DNA of 64,000 nucleotides from Desulfomicrobium sp. (GTDB lineage Bacteria; Desulfobacterota; Desulfovibrionia; Desulfovibrionales; Desulfomicrobiaceae), in assembly GCA_040768745.1 (NCBI GenBank), contig JAXGMI010000002.1:416001-480000 (forward strand), in the 5' to 3' direction. The translations under genes and the position numbers were made by a program. Positions within the stretch are counted from its first letter, which is position 1; each line of letters opens with the position of its first letter. Of the stretch, positions 7,668-21,967 are shown in pieces. Below the pieces are notes generated by a model. It made no database searches, was not told the DNA's origin, and was given only the letters and a program-made list of their open reading frames with translations.

Positions 7668-8957
7668 TCAAAGGGTTTCCGCGTAGAGTTCCATGACGTG
7701 CTTGACTGCTACCTGGTCCTTGTTCTGGGACAGCATGTCGGACATTTGCATCATGCACGCCGGGCAAGCCGTAGCCACGACCTGGGCGCCTGAAGCCACG
7801 ATATTGTCCCGCTTATGCTGGCCTATTTCCTTGGACACGTTGTAATGTTGCAGGTTGAAGCTGCCCCCGCAGCCACAGCACCGGTCAGCTTCCGCCATCT
7901 CCACGAACTGGACCCTGGGGTTGGACTTGAGAAGTGCCCTGGGTTGCTCGAAAACCTTCATGGATTTTTTGAGATGGCATGGGTCGTGATAGGTCACTTT
8001 TATCCCGCTTCCGCTGACAGGCAGGGCCACCTTCAGCACATCGACCATAAACTGGGTTATGTCCATGACCTTGGCGGACAGGGAAGCTATGCGCTCCTGC
8101 ATGCTCTGTGTCTGGTTACCGGACATGAGCGGCCAGATCTCATGCATGGTCGCGGTGCACGTGGCGCAAGGGGTAAGCAGATAATCGAAATTCTCCTTTT
8201 CAAAGAGTTCGAGATTATGCTGCACGAGCTTGTCGAAGGACTCCTTGTCTCCTGAAGCCAGGGCAGGGATGCCGCAGCAGGCCTGACCCGCAGGCATGTA
8301 GACGCCGATCTCATGATGGGTCAGGGCCTTGAGCACAGCCTGACCGACCTTGGGATAGACCTTGTCCACCACGCAGCCTGGGAAAAAAGCCACCCGGTAT
8401 CCACCCTTTCCGGGGCGGGTATTGCGGGCCGATTCGAGCTTGCGCAAAGGCTTCTTGGCCAGCGGCATGAAATGACGGTCGCCAATGATCGGGGCGTTGA
8501 TGCGCGAACAGGACGAACCGATGACCTCGCTGGCCGGCTTGGTAAAGATGCCCTGAAACTTGGAAGCCACGTCCAGGATGGTGTTGAAAAGCGCCGGCTT
8601 GGTCAACAGACCCTGGAAAATGGCCTTCTTGGCCGGCGGCAACCCCATATAGGTGTTCACGATGACCCGGGCTTTGAGGAAGATGTCCAGGACCTTCACC
8701 CCGCTGGGGCAATTGGCGGCACAGGATCCGCACAGCAGGCACATGTTCAGCTTTTCCTGCACGCCCTCGGCATCCTTGATCATTTCATGGGACAGGTTCT
8801 CGAGCAGAGCGATCTTGCCCCTGGCCACATCGCCCTCGCGCATGGTCTCGGCGAACACCGGACAGACGGACTGGCACAGGCCGCACTTCATGCAGGCGAC
8901 CATCTGGTCGTCGAGCTCGTGCAGCATCTTGGCGAGCTGATGGAGATCTTCGTGCAT
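7668..8957 (-). CDS. Fe-S/CCG subunit of D-lactate dehydrogenase (GlcF-like)
   Basis: CMKCGLCQSVCP, CLLCGSCAANCP, two CCG domains; position in the lactate operon. Confidence 0.88.
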   Translation of the reverse strand: MHEDLHQLAKMLHELDDQMVACMKCGLCQSVCPVFAETMREGDVARGKIALLENLSHEMIKDAEGVQEKLNMCLLCGSCAANCPSGVKVLDIFLKARVIVNTYMGLPPAKKAIFQGLLTKPALFNTILDVASKFQGIFTKPASEVIGSSCSRINAPIIGDRHFMPLAKKPLRKLESARNTRPGKGGYRVAFFPGCVVDKVYPKVGQAVLKALTHHEIGVYMPAGQACCGIPALASGDKESFDKLVQHNLELFEKENFDYLLTPCATCTATMHEIWPLMSGNQTQSMQERIASLSAKVMDITQFMVDVLKVALPVSGSGIKVTYHDPCHLKKSMKVFEQPRALLKSNPRVQFVEMAEADRCCGCGGSFNLQHYNVSKEIGQHKRDNIVASGAQVVATACPACMMQMSDMLSQNKDQVAVKHVMELYAETL

Positions 8958-8959
8958 GA

Positions 8960-10348
8960 CTAGCCTCCGATGATCTTGCCGGGATTGAGCAGGTAGTTGG
9001 GGTCAACCGCCTTCTTCAGCCTGCGCGAGTAGATGATGGTCGCCTTGGTGGTTTCCTTTTCCAGCCACTTGGACTTGGCCGTGCCGATGCCGTGTTCGCC
9101 GGACAGGGTCCCGCCCAGGGACAGGGCCACGTCGAAGATCTCGTCGACAGCCTGCTCCACGCGATGGAACTCCTCCTTGTCGCGCTTGTCCGTCAGAATG
9201 GTCGGATGCAGGTTGCCGTCGCCGGCGTGGCCGAAGGTGCCGATCTGCAGCTTGTACTTGGCGGCGATGTCGTTGATGGCCTTGATCATGGCCGGGATCT
9301 GGCTGCGCGGCACGGTGGCGTCCTCCAGCACCGTGGTCGGACGGGCGCGGGCCAGGGCCGGCAGCGCGTTGCGACGGGCCTCCCACAGCTTGTTCTTCTC
9401 GGCGGCGTCCTTGGCCATCTGCACGCGGCGGGCGCCGTTCTTCTTGCAGATCTCAACGACCTTTTCGGCGTCGTCCTCGACCAGGGCGATGTGGCCGCCG
9501 TCGACCTCGATCAGCAGGATGGCCGCGGCGTCACAGGGCAGGCCGGCCTTGGTGAAATCCTCGACATAGTTGATGGTCGCGTTGTCCAGGAGTTCCAGGG
9601 TGCAGGGCACGATCTTGTTGGCGATGATGGCCGCCACAGTCTCGGAAGCCTTGTTGATGTCGTCGAACTCGGCCAGCATGGCCTTGGAGGCCACAGGCGG
9701 CGGGACAAGCTTGAAGATGATCTCGTCGAACACACCCAGGGTGCCCTCGGAACCGACCATGAGCTGAGAAATATTCAGACCTGTCACGCACTTGACCGTC
9801 TTCCCGCCGGATTTGACGTACTCGCCCTCGGCGTTCCAGAAATTCACGCCCATGACATAGTCCTTGGTCACGCCATACTTCAGGCCGCGCAGGCCGCCAG
9901 CGTTCTCGCTGACGTTTCCGCCCAGGGTGGACACGGCCTGGGAGCCCGGATCCGGCGGATAAAACAGGCCGCGCCTGGCCACCTCGGCCGCGAACTTGGC
10001 CGTGACCACGCCGGGCTGAACCACGGCATACAGATCCTGCTCGTTGATCTCCAGGATCTTGTTCAGACCGTTGGTCAGGATGACCACGCCATGTTCCTTG
10101 GTCGGGATGGTGCCGCCGCTCAGGTTGGTGCCGGCGCCGCGTACGGTCATGGGCAGTTTGTTCTCGTTGCACAACGCCACGGTCTTGCCCAACTGTTCAC
10201 TGTTGGTCGGCCGCAGCACCAGTTCCGGAATGACCGCATCGAGCACTGCGGCATCATAGGAATAGGCGTGCCGATCGGACTCGCTATCCATGACGTTTTC
10301 TTTACCCAGCAGATTTTTGAATTCAGTGAGCAGACTCGTCGAAATCAT
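8960..10348 (-). CDS. FAD-binding subunit of D-lactate dehydrogenase (GlcD-like)
   Basis: RGAGTNLSGG, YPPDPGS, FGHAGDGNLHP, LSGEHGIG, NPGKI. Confidence 0.9.
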   Translation of the reverse strand: MISTSLLTEFKNLLGKENVMDSESDRHAYSYDAAVLDAVIPELVLRPTNSEQLGKTVALCNENKLPMTVRGAGTNLSGGTIPTKEHGVVILTNGLNKILEINEQDLYAVVQPGVVTAKFAAEVARRGLFYPPDPGSQAVSTLGGNVSENAGGLRGLKYGVTKDYVMGVNFWNAEGEYVKSGGKTVKCVTGLNISQLMVGSEGTLGVFDEIIFKLVPPPVASKAMLAEFDDINKASETVAAIIANKIVPCTLELLDNATINYVEDFTKAGLPCDAAAILLIEVDGGHIALVEDDAEKVVEICKKNGARRVQMAKDAAEKNKLWEARRNALPALARARPTTVLEDATVPRSQIPAMIKAINDIAAKYKLQIGTFGHAGDGNLHPTILTDKRDKEEFHRVEQAVDEIFDVALSLGGTLSGEHGIGTAKSKWLEKETTKATIIYSRRLKKAVDPNYLLNPGKIIGG

Positions 10349-10427
10349 GGTTCTCTCCTTGCGTGAGATGCGATTATGTGCAGCGGTCCCGAAAGCCTTG
10401 CGCATGCTTTCGGGACCACGTTGACAA

Positions 10428-12140
10428 CTAGAAGCGGTTGGCCATGAACACAAAGCACATCAGGCTGGCGATGATGCCCACGACGATGCCGTAGAGGACA
10501 AAGGGCCAGAAGGTGCGCTTCAGGATCATGCCTTCGCGGCCGATGAGGCCGGTCACGGCGCAGACAGCCACGATGTTGTGGATACAGACCATGTTGCCCA
10601 TGGCGCCACCGGCAACCTGGGCGGCCACGATGATCTGTCGGGACAGGTTGAGCTGCTGGGCCACGCCCCACTGGAATTCGGCGAACAGCAGGTCGGAGAC
10701 CGTGTTGGAACCGGTGATGAAGGCGCCGAGGCCGCCCACGTAGGAGGCCAGCATGGGCCAGGCGTTGCCGGCCAGGGCCGCGACGGCCTTGGCCATGGCC
10801 AGGGGCATGGACGGGTAGTTGTTGGGGTTCAAGGCCGCGTCGGCGATGCCGGAGCCGCGGAAGACGGAAACCAGGGCCACGGCGGCAAAAAGCGCGATGG
10901 TCGGGGCCTTCATCTTGACGAAGGATTCGGTCCAGGCCTTCTTGACGGCCTCACCCTTCATGCCGTGGATGGCGACGGTCAGGATGGCGACCAGCATGAA
11001 GGGGATGGTGCCGGGCAGGTACAGGTACTGCAGGGAGGTCTTGACGCTCGCGAAGCCCAGGATGTTGTCGAAGGGGATGGACACGCCGGACAGAATGGCC
11101 TTCAGGCCCAGGGCCGGGATGCGGGTCGCGACCAGGATGGCACCGATGAGGATGTAGGGCAGCCAGGCCTTGAACTGGCTCATGTGCGCCTTGAACTCCG
11201 TACTTGTAGACGTGGCGATGCTGCCGGTCCACTCGGCGTCCCAGGTGGATTGGGGGCCGAAATCCCAGGTGTCCTTGGGCACGCAGAAACCGGCCTTGGC
11301 ACCAGCCACGATGACGCCCAAACCCACCAGACCGCCGATCAGGGACGGGAATTCCGGTCCGACCAACCAGGCAAAGCCGACGTAAGGAACCAGGAAGGCC
11401 ACGGCGGCGAAGACGCAGAACTTCCAGGCGGCGAGGCCTTCGGACCAGGACTTGTTCTTGCCGTAGAAGCGGGTCAGGAAGCCGAGCATGAAGATGGGCA
11501 GGATGACGGCCATGGGGCCGTGCATCAGGGTGACCAGCTCGCCGATGACTTTGGCAAAGGTAGTGAAATCGGTGAAGTTCAGATTTGTCACGCCTGAGGC
11601 CGCGGCATCGGCCACCAGCTGCTTGAGCGGGGTCAGGCCGATGAGGATGGGGGTGCCCACCGCGCCGAAGGACACGCAGAAGGAGTTGAAGACCAGGCAG
11701 ATGACCGCGGCGGCCAGGGGCGGGTAGCCCAGGGACAGGAGCAGCGGGGCTGCCAGGGCGGCGGGCGTGCCGAAACCGGCCGCACCTTCGATGAAGGCCG
11801 CGAACATGTAGCCGATGATGATGGCCTGGATGCGCTTGTCGCGGCTGATGTTCTGCATCCCGTACTGGATGGTTTCCATGCCCCCCGAGTACTGCAAGGT
11901 GTACAGGATGAGTATGGCGCCGAAGACGATGATCAGCACGCCGATGGCGTCGATGACACCCTTGACCGAAAGGGCCGCGATGTAAGCGACAGGCAGATTC
12001 CAGACGCCGATGGCGCCGAGCACACAGACGAGCCACGCCAGGGGCATGGCTTTCGTCGAAGGCCAGCGCATGCCGACCATGAGCACCAGAGCCACCAGGA
12101 TGGGCAACAGTGCTACCATTGCCAAGACAGGAATTGACAT
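10428..12140 (-). CDS. lldP: Lactate permease (LctP family)
   Basis: EGAAGFGTPAA, SFGAVGTP, FITGSNTVS, GGAMGNM; polytopic membrane protein. Confidence 0.92.
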   Translation of the reverse strand: MSIPVLAMVALLPILVALVLMVGMRWPSTKAMPLAWLVCVLGAIGVWNLPVAYIAALSVKGVIDAIGVLIIVFGAILILYTLQYSGGMETIQYGMQNISRDKRIQAIIIGYMFAAFIEGAAGFGTPAALAAPLLLSLGYPPLAAAVICLVFNSFCVSFGAVGTPILIGLTPLKQLVADAAASGVTNLNFTDFTTFAKVIGELVTLMHGPMAVILPIFMLGFLTRFYGKNKSWSEGLAAWKFCVFAAVAFLVPYVGFAWLVGPEFPSLIGGLVGLGVIVAGAKAGFCVPKDTWDFGPQSTWDAEWTGSIATSTSTEFKAHMSQFKAWLPYILIGAILVATRIPALGLKAILSGVSIPFDNILGFASVKTSLQYLYLPGTIPFMLVAILTVAIHGMKGEAVKKAWTESFVKMKAPTIALFAAVALVSVFRGSGIADAALNPNNYPSMPLAMAKAVAALAGNAWPMLASYVGGLGAFITGSNTVSDLLFAEFQWGVAQQLNLSRQIIVAAQVAGGAMGNMVCIHNIVAVCAVTGLIGREGMILKRTFWPFVLYGIVVGIIASLMCFVFMANRF

Positions 12141-12219
12141 ATCTCCCTCCTCTAAAAACTGATGATTGGGCTGGCGGCCCCGAGGTACCCCATCCTCCGT
12201 GCCGCCAGCGTGCCTTTAC

Positions 12220-15894
<3,675 letters not shown>

Positions 15895-15935
15895 TCAGCG
15901 ATCGCGGCACGTACACATGCCGATTACATCGCTTT

Positions 15936-15951
15936 AACAATTTTCATGCCA
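15936..15951 (-). promoter_or_regulatory. Putative sigma54 (-24/-12) promoter of the por operon
   Basis: Minus strand TGGCATGAAAATTGTT (GG-N10-GT, one mismatch to GG-N10-GC), about 70 bp upstream of por. Confidence 0.55.
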
Positions 15952-16034
15952 GCCTAAAGATTAGAATCAATAACCCGTAATAAAAGATTTTTTTATAGTC
16001 TGCATGCCATCCTTCTCCCCCTTTTTTGGATTCA

Positions 16035-16310
16035 GTCTGAAAAACCAGATAGTCGAGATTTATGAAATCCGTAGCACGTTATTATATGGGTGGAAACAGA
16101 CAACTCAAATCCGGCTAACGCAAGGAATTCAACGGTTAAAGGCAGAATACAAATATCTGGGGAACCGTCTGATTTTTCAGATTCAGCACGCGATCTGCCA
16201 ACAGACCCACTCCACAACGCCGACGCCCGCAGAAAGGCCATAGGGATCACAGATTCTGGCCCCCACCCACTTCAGCGAACACCACAAGGATTTTGTCTGA
16301 TTTTTCAGAC
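16035..16310. promoter_or_regulatory. Three palindromic enhancer-like sites GTCTGA-N4-TCAGAC (probable LurR binding sites)
   Basis: GTCTGAaaaaCCAGAT 16035-16050, GTCTGAttttTCAGAT 16167-16182, GTCTGAttttTCAGAC 16295-16310. Confidence 0.7.
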
Positions 16311-16785
16311 TGTCCGATTGTGTATGCACAATTGTTGGTTGAATAAACAATACTCATGGACCAAACGCATGCAAAACACAAAAAACCAAAGCCATAACCT
16401 CTTGGCCGGGAACGGACTTTCCCGCGGCCTCTCCTGCAGCTGCTGCGCGTGGATCCGGGCACATGTATGGGACAGAGAGGGAACCTCTTCGCGGCAGCAT
16501 AAACCGGAACCCCGAAGAGGGAATTCAGGAATTTCCCATTGCTGATGGCTGTGCAAAATCATTGCGAAAAACGAAGATACCTTGAACTCTTGGCCCGCGC
16601 AGAAATGAACTCAGGGGCGGCCAACGGCCTTTGGCGCTTCATCCCGATGAAAGGGCAAGTCCCGGACAAGAGTCAGGACCCGCCGTATCCAGCAACTGCG
16701 AACTGAAAAAGGTACAGGTACGGCCCGTATATGTCGCGCACGAACAAAAAGTCTAGACATTCTATGGGAGGACACGTATAAAACT

Positions 16786-16801
16786 TGGCAACGTTCTTGC
16801 T
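16786..16801 (+). promoter_or_regulatory. sigma54 (-24/-12) promoter
   Basis: TGGCAACGTTCTTGCT, exact GG-N10-GC. Confidence 0.7.
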
Positions 16802-16873
16802 AAACAGTGTATGACTCGAACCCGTCACAAACTTGATTTCCGCAGTAAACAGGAGAAAAATCAGAGGGTTACC

Positions 16874-17068
16874 ATGAAGGGGAAAACAATAACCAAAAGC
16901 GGTGTGATCCGCGTTCTGTCCCAAAAAGAAACAATGCAGTTGTCACAATTGCTCACACCCATTCAATATCAGAGCATGCACGAAGGGAACAGCGTTCTGG
17001 TCAAGACTGAATACCTCCTCGATTCCTGGAAGGAATTCTGGCTTGGCCTCGAACAGGACGATGAGTAA
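16874..17068 (+). CDS. 64-aa hypothetical protein
   Basis: MKGKTITKSG...WKEFWLGLEQDDE; GAGGG RBS; downstream of a sigma54 promoter; convergent with the response regulator. Confidence 0.55.
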   Translation: MKGKTITKSGVIRVLSQKETMQLSQLLTPIQYQSMHEGNSVLVKTEYLLDSWKEFWLGLEQDDE

Positions 17069-17069
17069 C

Positions 17070-18476
17070 TCAGGCGTCAAGATCATGCTTCTTCAGCACT
17101 GCATAGAAATGAGACCTGGAAAGACCTGAAATAGCGAGCATTTTTTGCACATCATTTCCGCAGGCCCTGATCAGGGTGAGCAGATATGTTTTTTCCATTC
17201 TTGTCTTGTACTCCTTGAGCGACGGCCAACCCGCGCCTTCCTCCAAGTTGAAGGCCGGAAGAATATCCTCCCTCGCCGGAACCAGATCGTCCCTGCCCTT
17301 GCCCAACATGGATTTTGCCACGCGAATGCGCAGGGCGTGGGGTAGATGCTGGGCATAGATCTTCCGCTCTCCCCCTGCCAGCACAAAGGCCTGCTCGATG
17401 GCGTTGAACAACTCGCGCACATTTCCAGGCCAATCATATGATTTGAGCACTTCGATGAATTCAGGGTCCAGTTCCTTGCCGGGCAGATTTCGCTGCCGGC
17501 AGAGCTTGTTGATATGGTGACGGGCCAGTACAGCGATATCGCCCCCCCGCGCCCGCAGCGGGGGCAGCACAATATGGATCGTATTGATCCGGTAATAGAG
17601 GTCCTGCCTGAAATTACCCTCCTGAACCATGGATTCCAGATTTCTGTTGGTCGCGGAAATAAGACGGAAATCGCTCTTCAACTCCTGGTTGGAACCCACG
17701 GGCCTGAATCTGCGTTCCTGAAGAACGCGCAGAAAGGTCTTTTGGGCCGAGAGGGGAAGCTCCCCTATTTCGTCCAGAAAAAGAGTGCCTTGGTGCGCCA
17801 GCTTGATCAGGCCTGAACGATCCTTGTCCGCTCCGGTGAACGCCCCTCTGACGTGTCCGAAAAGGATGCTCTCCAGCAGGGTCTCGGTCAGGGAGGCGCA
17901 GTCCACAGCCACGAAACTCAGAGCCGAGCGCTGGCTGTTCCGGTGGATGGTGCGGGCCAACAGCTCCTTTCCGGTCCCGGTTTCGCCGGTGACCAGCACT
18001 GTGGAATCGGATCTGCTGGCCTGGGCGATGCGCTCATAGCACTGGCGCATGGCCGCACTGTCGCCGATGACATCCGTCAAATCCAGATCAACGCCGATGT
18101 CGGCCTGCTTTTCCAGCCGATGGGCCAGGGCCCTGTTCAACGTCTCCTTGATCTGCTTGATCGGCGATGGCTTGACCAGATAGTCCCACACCCCTCCCTG
18201 GATGGCCAATTCTGCGCCGTCGGGATCGCCTTGGCCGGTCAGAACGATAACATCCGGAGGGGCGGCCAGTCCCCTGATCCACCCCAGGGCATCCAATCCG
18301 TTGCCGTCTGGAAGACGCACGTCCAGAAACACAATATCCATATCCGTTTGCCGGATGCGCGCCAGCCCCTCCTGCAGGGTCAAGGCGGCGAAACATTCAT
18401 GACCCAGGCGCACGGCCAAACTCTGCAGGGTTTCACTGACCTGCGGGTCATCGTCGATAATCAGGATTTTGGCCAT
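17070..18476 (-). CDS. lurR: sigma54-dependent response regulator (LurR-like)
   Basis: REC domain, GETGTGKE, GAFTGA, FLDEIGE, WPGNVREL, C-terminal HTH; synteny with the lactate operon. Confidence 0.85.
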   Translation of the reverse strand: MAKILIIDDDPQVSETLQSLAVRLGHECFAALTLQEGLARIRQTDMDIVFLDVRLPDGNGLDALGWIRGLAAPPDVIVLTGQGDPDGAELAIQGGVWDYLVKPSPIKQIKETLNRALAHRLEKQADIGVDLDLTDVIGDSAAMRQCYERIAQASRSDSTVLVTGETGTGKELLARTIHRNSQRSALSFVAVDCASLTETLLESILFGHVRGAFTGADKDRSGLIKLAHQGTLFLDEIGELPLSAQKTFLRVLQERRFRPVGSNQELKSDFRLISATNRNLESMVQEGNFRQDLYYRINTIHIVLPPLRARGGDIAVLARHHINKLCRQRNLPGKELDPEFIEVLKSYDWPGNVRELFNAIEQAFVLAGGERKIYAQHLPHALRIRVAKSMLGKGRDDLVPAREDILPAFNLEEGAGWPSLKEYKTRMEKTYLLTLIRACGNDVQKMLAISGLSRSHFYAVLKKHDLDA

Positions 18477-21400
18477 CAGTCTTCCTTGTCCAGAACGTCG
18501 CGGATGGCTCGTCCGACCATGTTTTTGTTGTAGGGTTTGTCCAGAAACAACTTGATGTTGTTCGATCGGGCAGAAAATGCAGCAGCACGCTTCCGGCCGG
18601 AAACCAGAATGACTGGCAGATCCGGTCGAAGTTCTCCCAGGGCCCTGGCCAGATCAAGCCCATTCAGATCCGGCATGTCGTAGTCGGTGATGACCAGATC
18701 AACATGCTGCCGGCCCTCGCCAATGGCCTGCAGGGCCTCCCTGCCGCCATGGAACGGATGCACGGTGTAGCCAAGTTGCGTGAGCACACGCGGGATGAGG
18801 GCCAGCTGGTCCTCGTCGTCTTCCACAAACGCCACACTTTCGGTGCCCATGCTCAGGGCATGGGCACATTCTCCTGGCAGGAGACAGAAATCGCGCATGG
18901 TCGGCAACAGGATTTCGAAGCGGGTACACCCGGGACTGCTGCTCAGCCGGATCTCGCCTCCATGGTTGCGGACAATGCCGTGCACCACGGCAAGGCCAAG
19001 TCCGGTTCCCTCTCCCTTGCCCTTGGTGGTGAAAAACGGGTCATAAATTTTGTCCTGGATGGATTCGTCGATGCCGGGACCGTCGTCCTCGATGGACAGC
19101 AGGGTATAGATTCCTGGTTCCATCCTCCCAAAATGCGGGTCATCCCGATCCAGAACAAAACGCGCAAGCCGGATGGAAATGGTGCCTCTGCCCTCACCCA
19201 GGGCCTGAAAGGCGTTGGTCGTTAGATTCATGACGATCTGGTGCACCTGGGTCGGGTCGGCCAGACAAAAGGGAAGCTCCTCGTCAATCTGTGATGCGAC
19301 GTGAATGTTGCGGGGCACGGAAACTTTGATCAGGGCAACGGCCTCCCTGACCACCTCGCTCAGGTCCGTGGGGACGAATCCTTCCTGGGTCGGGCGGCTG
19401 AACGTGAGAATCTGCTTGATAAGGCCACTGCCCCGGACCGCTGCCTTGAGACAACGTTTCAGGTCCTTCCAGGCCATGCTGTCCTCAGGAATATCCTCCA
19501 TGGCCAATTCCGTGGAATTCATGATGGAAGTCAATATATTATTGAAATCGTGGGCAATCCCTCCCGCCAACGTGCCGATAGCCTCCATCTTCTGGGACTG
19601 CAGAAGTTGCTTTTCCAGATTCACATTCTGGGTGATGTCTTCAGCTGTGCTCAGCACGCCCACCACCTCGCCGTGGGGGCCATGCAAGGGCACCTGGCTG
19701 ATCGAAAGCCACATGCGTTCTCCCACTGCATTGGAGGTCTCCAACCGCATCCGGTAGCGTGGTTCATCGCTTTCGACCACCTCCTTGTCCAGAAGGGAGA
19801 TCTGTTCGACCTCGTCCTGATTCCGGACGACATCGGCATAGGTTTTACCAATGATGGCGGCGAGATCAGATTGGCCGGCATAGACGAGGAAATTGCGATT
19901 GGCCCCGAGAAAATTCAGGTTGCGATCCTTCCAGTGCACGAGCTGGGGAATGGTATCCAAAACCAGCTGCAGCATGGCCTCGGAGGCTGCCAGGGCCAGT
20001 TCAGCAGCCTTGCGGTCGCTGATGTCCTCCACGAACCCCTCGAAATGGCAGAAATCCCCGTCGGATCCATACACTCCCCGCGCATTGAGGTTGGCGGTGA
20101 TGACAGATCCGTCCCGGGTTTTGAAAAGCACTTCGAGTTCGATGCTGTCCCGGGTCTGTTGGTACAGCTCAAGAATCCTGAACCGGTCGCTTTGCTGGTA
20201 ATAGACTGAAGAGATGTTGGGATTCGAGGCCATCAGTTCCTCTGGGCTGGCGTAGCCCAGCATGCGGGCCATGGACGGGTTGACAACCAGCCAGGTTCCG
20301 TCAGGTGCAGTCCGGAAAATTCCCAGAGCGGAATTTTCAAAAATTTCGCGATATTTCTCTTCGGCCGCGCGCAGGTCGTTCTCGGCCTTCTTGCGGTCGG
20401 AAATATCGTAAATCACGCCCACAATGCCTGCTTTTTGGCCCTGCACATCGCTGTAGGTCGCTTTGTGCAACACAGCGGATCTCAAGGACCCGTCTCTGTG
20501 CTGAATCTGAGTCTCAAAGGATTCCAAACGGTTGTCCAGAAGTGCGGCATATCCGGAACCCAAGGGTGCCGGAACAGGCAAACCCGACTGCCCCACTTCC
20601 CGCCAGATAGACCCGAACCAATGCTCAAAAGCCCTGTTGATGCCTGAAATGGTTCCGCTTTTATCCGTAAAGTAGATGGGAATGGGCAGGGTGTCCATCA
20701 GGGTGCGCAGGAAGGAAAGCTGGTTCTTGATGCGAACCTCAATCTGCTTGCGCTCCCAGATGTTGATGACCAGAAGGACCAGGACCAGGCTCAGGACGAC
20801 AAGGCTGATGATGATGGTCCAGAACTGATGGCGGTTGATGGAATAGAAGGGGGACGGCTCGTTGATCAGGATGCTGTCCGGGGGAAGAAGTTTCCGGTCG
20901 ATACCCAGGCGCAGCAGAACCTGATAGTCGAACTTGGGAGGTGCGTCGGGGCTAAAGATGACTGGAATGGCGGCCGGCGACTCCCCGGCCAGGATGCGCA
21001 AACCCATTTCCGCAGCGGCTTGGCCATGGTCGTACCCACTGATCATCTTGCCGCCGATCAGGCCGTGCCCAAGCAGAAATTCCCATGCCCCGTACAGGGG
21101 CACGCCGGTGTTTCTCCACACTATCTCCAGCAAATCCTGGGCGGAGTACACCCATCCTCCCACTTCTTTGTAGAAAGGGATGAAAAAGAAAATGCTGTCA
21201 CCTGCCGAGGAACGAACCTTGTCCAGGAGTTCATCCAGGCTGAAATCGTCCAGAAACTCGACCTGCATGTTCTTGGGCAACTCCGGAATATGGGCCCGGA
21301 CCTGATTGGCGATGGCCACGCCGGTCATGCTCTGGTCCCCGATGACCACCAAACGTTTCTTCCCCGGATGAAAACGCATGGCCATGGTGATGTTGTTCAG

Positions 21401-21871
21401 CATGTCAAAGTCTTCCAGCACCCCGGTCATGCGGTGGCGCATGGGCACCTCTTCGGGCGGCACGTCGTTGACCCCGCAAAAGACGATGGGCACGTCTGGG
21501 AAGAGGTCGTCCCCGTGCTCCGAGACAAAGCTGTACGCATTGTTGTCAGCTGCGACGATCAGGTCGAAGCGGGTGTTGCGGAACTTGAAACGGTAGTAGT
21601 TGAGCAACACTTCGATGATCTTGTCCCCGAAATACCGCCTGGAATCCATGTATTCGATCTGCAGATAGATGTTCTTGCCACTGCGCTCGAATGTCTGACG
21701 CGCTCCCTCAAGAATCGTATCCGACCATGCGTATCCGTTATGGTACGAATTGAGGTAAAGCACGTTGATCTTGCGACCCTCCTGCCCAAGGGCTGGGCAG
21801 GCCAGGACCAGAACGGCAAGCAGAACCAGGCAGAATCTCAGCACCGCCACTCCCCGCAATTCCAAGGCCAT
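18476..21871 (-). CDS. lurS: Hybrid PAS sensor histidine kinase (LurS-like)
   Basis: Periplasmic binding-protein-like domain, TM, PAS repeats, AHDFNNIL, GTGLGL, C-terminal REC; start uncertain. Confidence 0.85.
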   Translation of the reverse strand: MALELRGVAVLRFCLVLLAVLVLACPALGQEGRKINVLYLNSYHNGYAWSDTILEGARQTFERSGKNIYLQIEYMDSRRYFGDKIIEVLLNYYRFKFRNTRFDLIVAADNNAYSFVSEHGDDLFPDVPIVFCGVNDVPPEEVPMRHRMTGVLEDFDMLNNITMAMRFHPGKKRLVVIGDQSMTGVAIANQVRAHIPELPKNMQVEFLDDFSLDELLDKVRSSAGDSIFFFIPFYKEVGGWVYSAQDLLEIVWRNTGVPLYGAWEFLLGHGLIGGKMISGYDHGQAAAEMGLRILAGESPAAIPVIFSPDAPPKFDYQVLLRLGIDRKLLPPDSILINEPSPFYSINRHQFWTIIISLVVLSLVLVLLVINIWERKQIEVRIKNQLSFLRTLMDTLPIPIYFTDKSGTISGINRAFEHWFGSIWREVGQSGLPVPAPLGSGYAALLDNRLESFETQIQHRDGSLRSAVLHKATYSDVQGQKAGIVGVIYDISDRKKAENDLRAAEEKYREIFENSALGIFRTAPDGTWLVVNPSMARMLGYASPEELMASNPNISSVYYQQSDRFRILELYQQTRDSIELEVLFKTRDGSVITANLNARGVYGSDGDFCHFEGFVEDISDRKAAELALAASEAMLQLVLDTIPQLVHWKDRNLNFLGANRNFLVYAGQSDLAAIIGKTYADVVRNQDEVEQISLLDKEVVESDEPRYRMRLETSNAVGERMWLSISQVPLHGPHGEVVGVLSTAEDITQNVNLEKQLLQSQKMEAIGTLAGGIAHDFNNILTSIMNSTELAMEDIPEDSMAWKDLKRCLKAAVRGSGLIKQILTFSRPTQEGFVPTDLSEVVREAVALIKVSVPRNIHVASQIDEELPFCLADPTQVHQIVMNLTTNAFQALGEGRGTISIRLARFVLDRDDPHFGRMEPGIYTLLSIEDDGPGIDESIQDKIYDPFFTTKGKGEGTGLGLAVVHGIVRNHGGEIRLSSSPGCTRFEILLPTMRDFCLLPGECAHALSMGTESVAFVEDDEDQLALIPRVLTQLGYTVHPFHGGREALQAIGEGRQHVDLVITDYDMPDLNGLDLARALGELRPDLPVILVSGRKRAAAFSARSNNIKLFLDKPYNKNMVGRAIRDVLDKED

Positions 21872-21967
21872 TTCCCCTGCAGCATCCCTTGGCCGTGGGG
21901 GATGTCCATGAGTCCATCCCGGCCAGCCAAACGGTGTCCGCCTATCGCGCAGAGGCTGCATGATAGA

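Noticed and set aside
16540..16690. c-di-GMP-I riboswitch-like words (GCAAAA...GAAA)
   Set aside because: Required stems and the GACGCAAAG-type junction are not present
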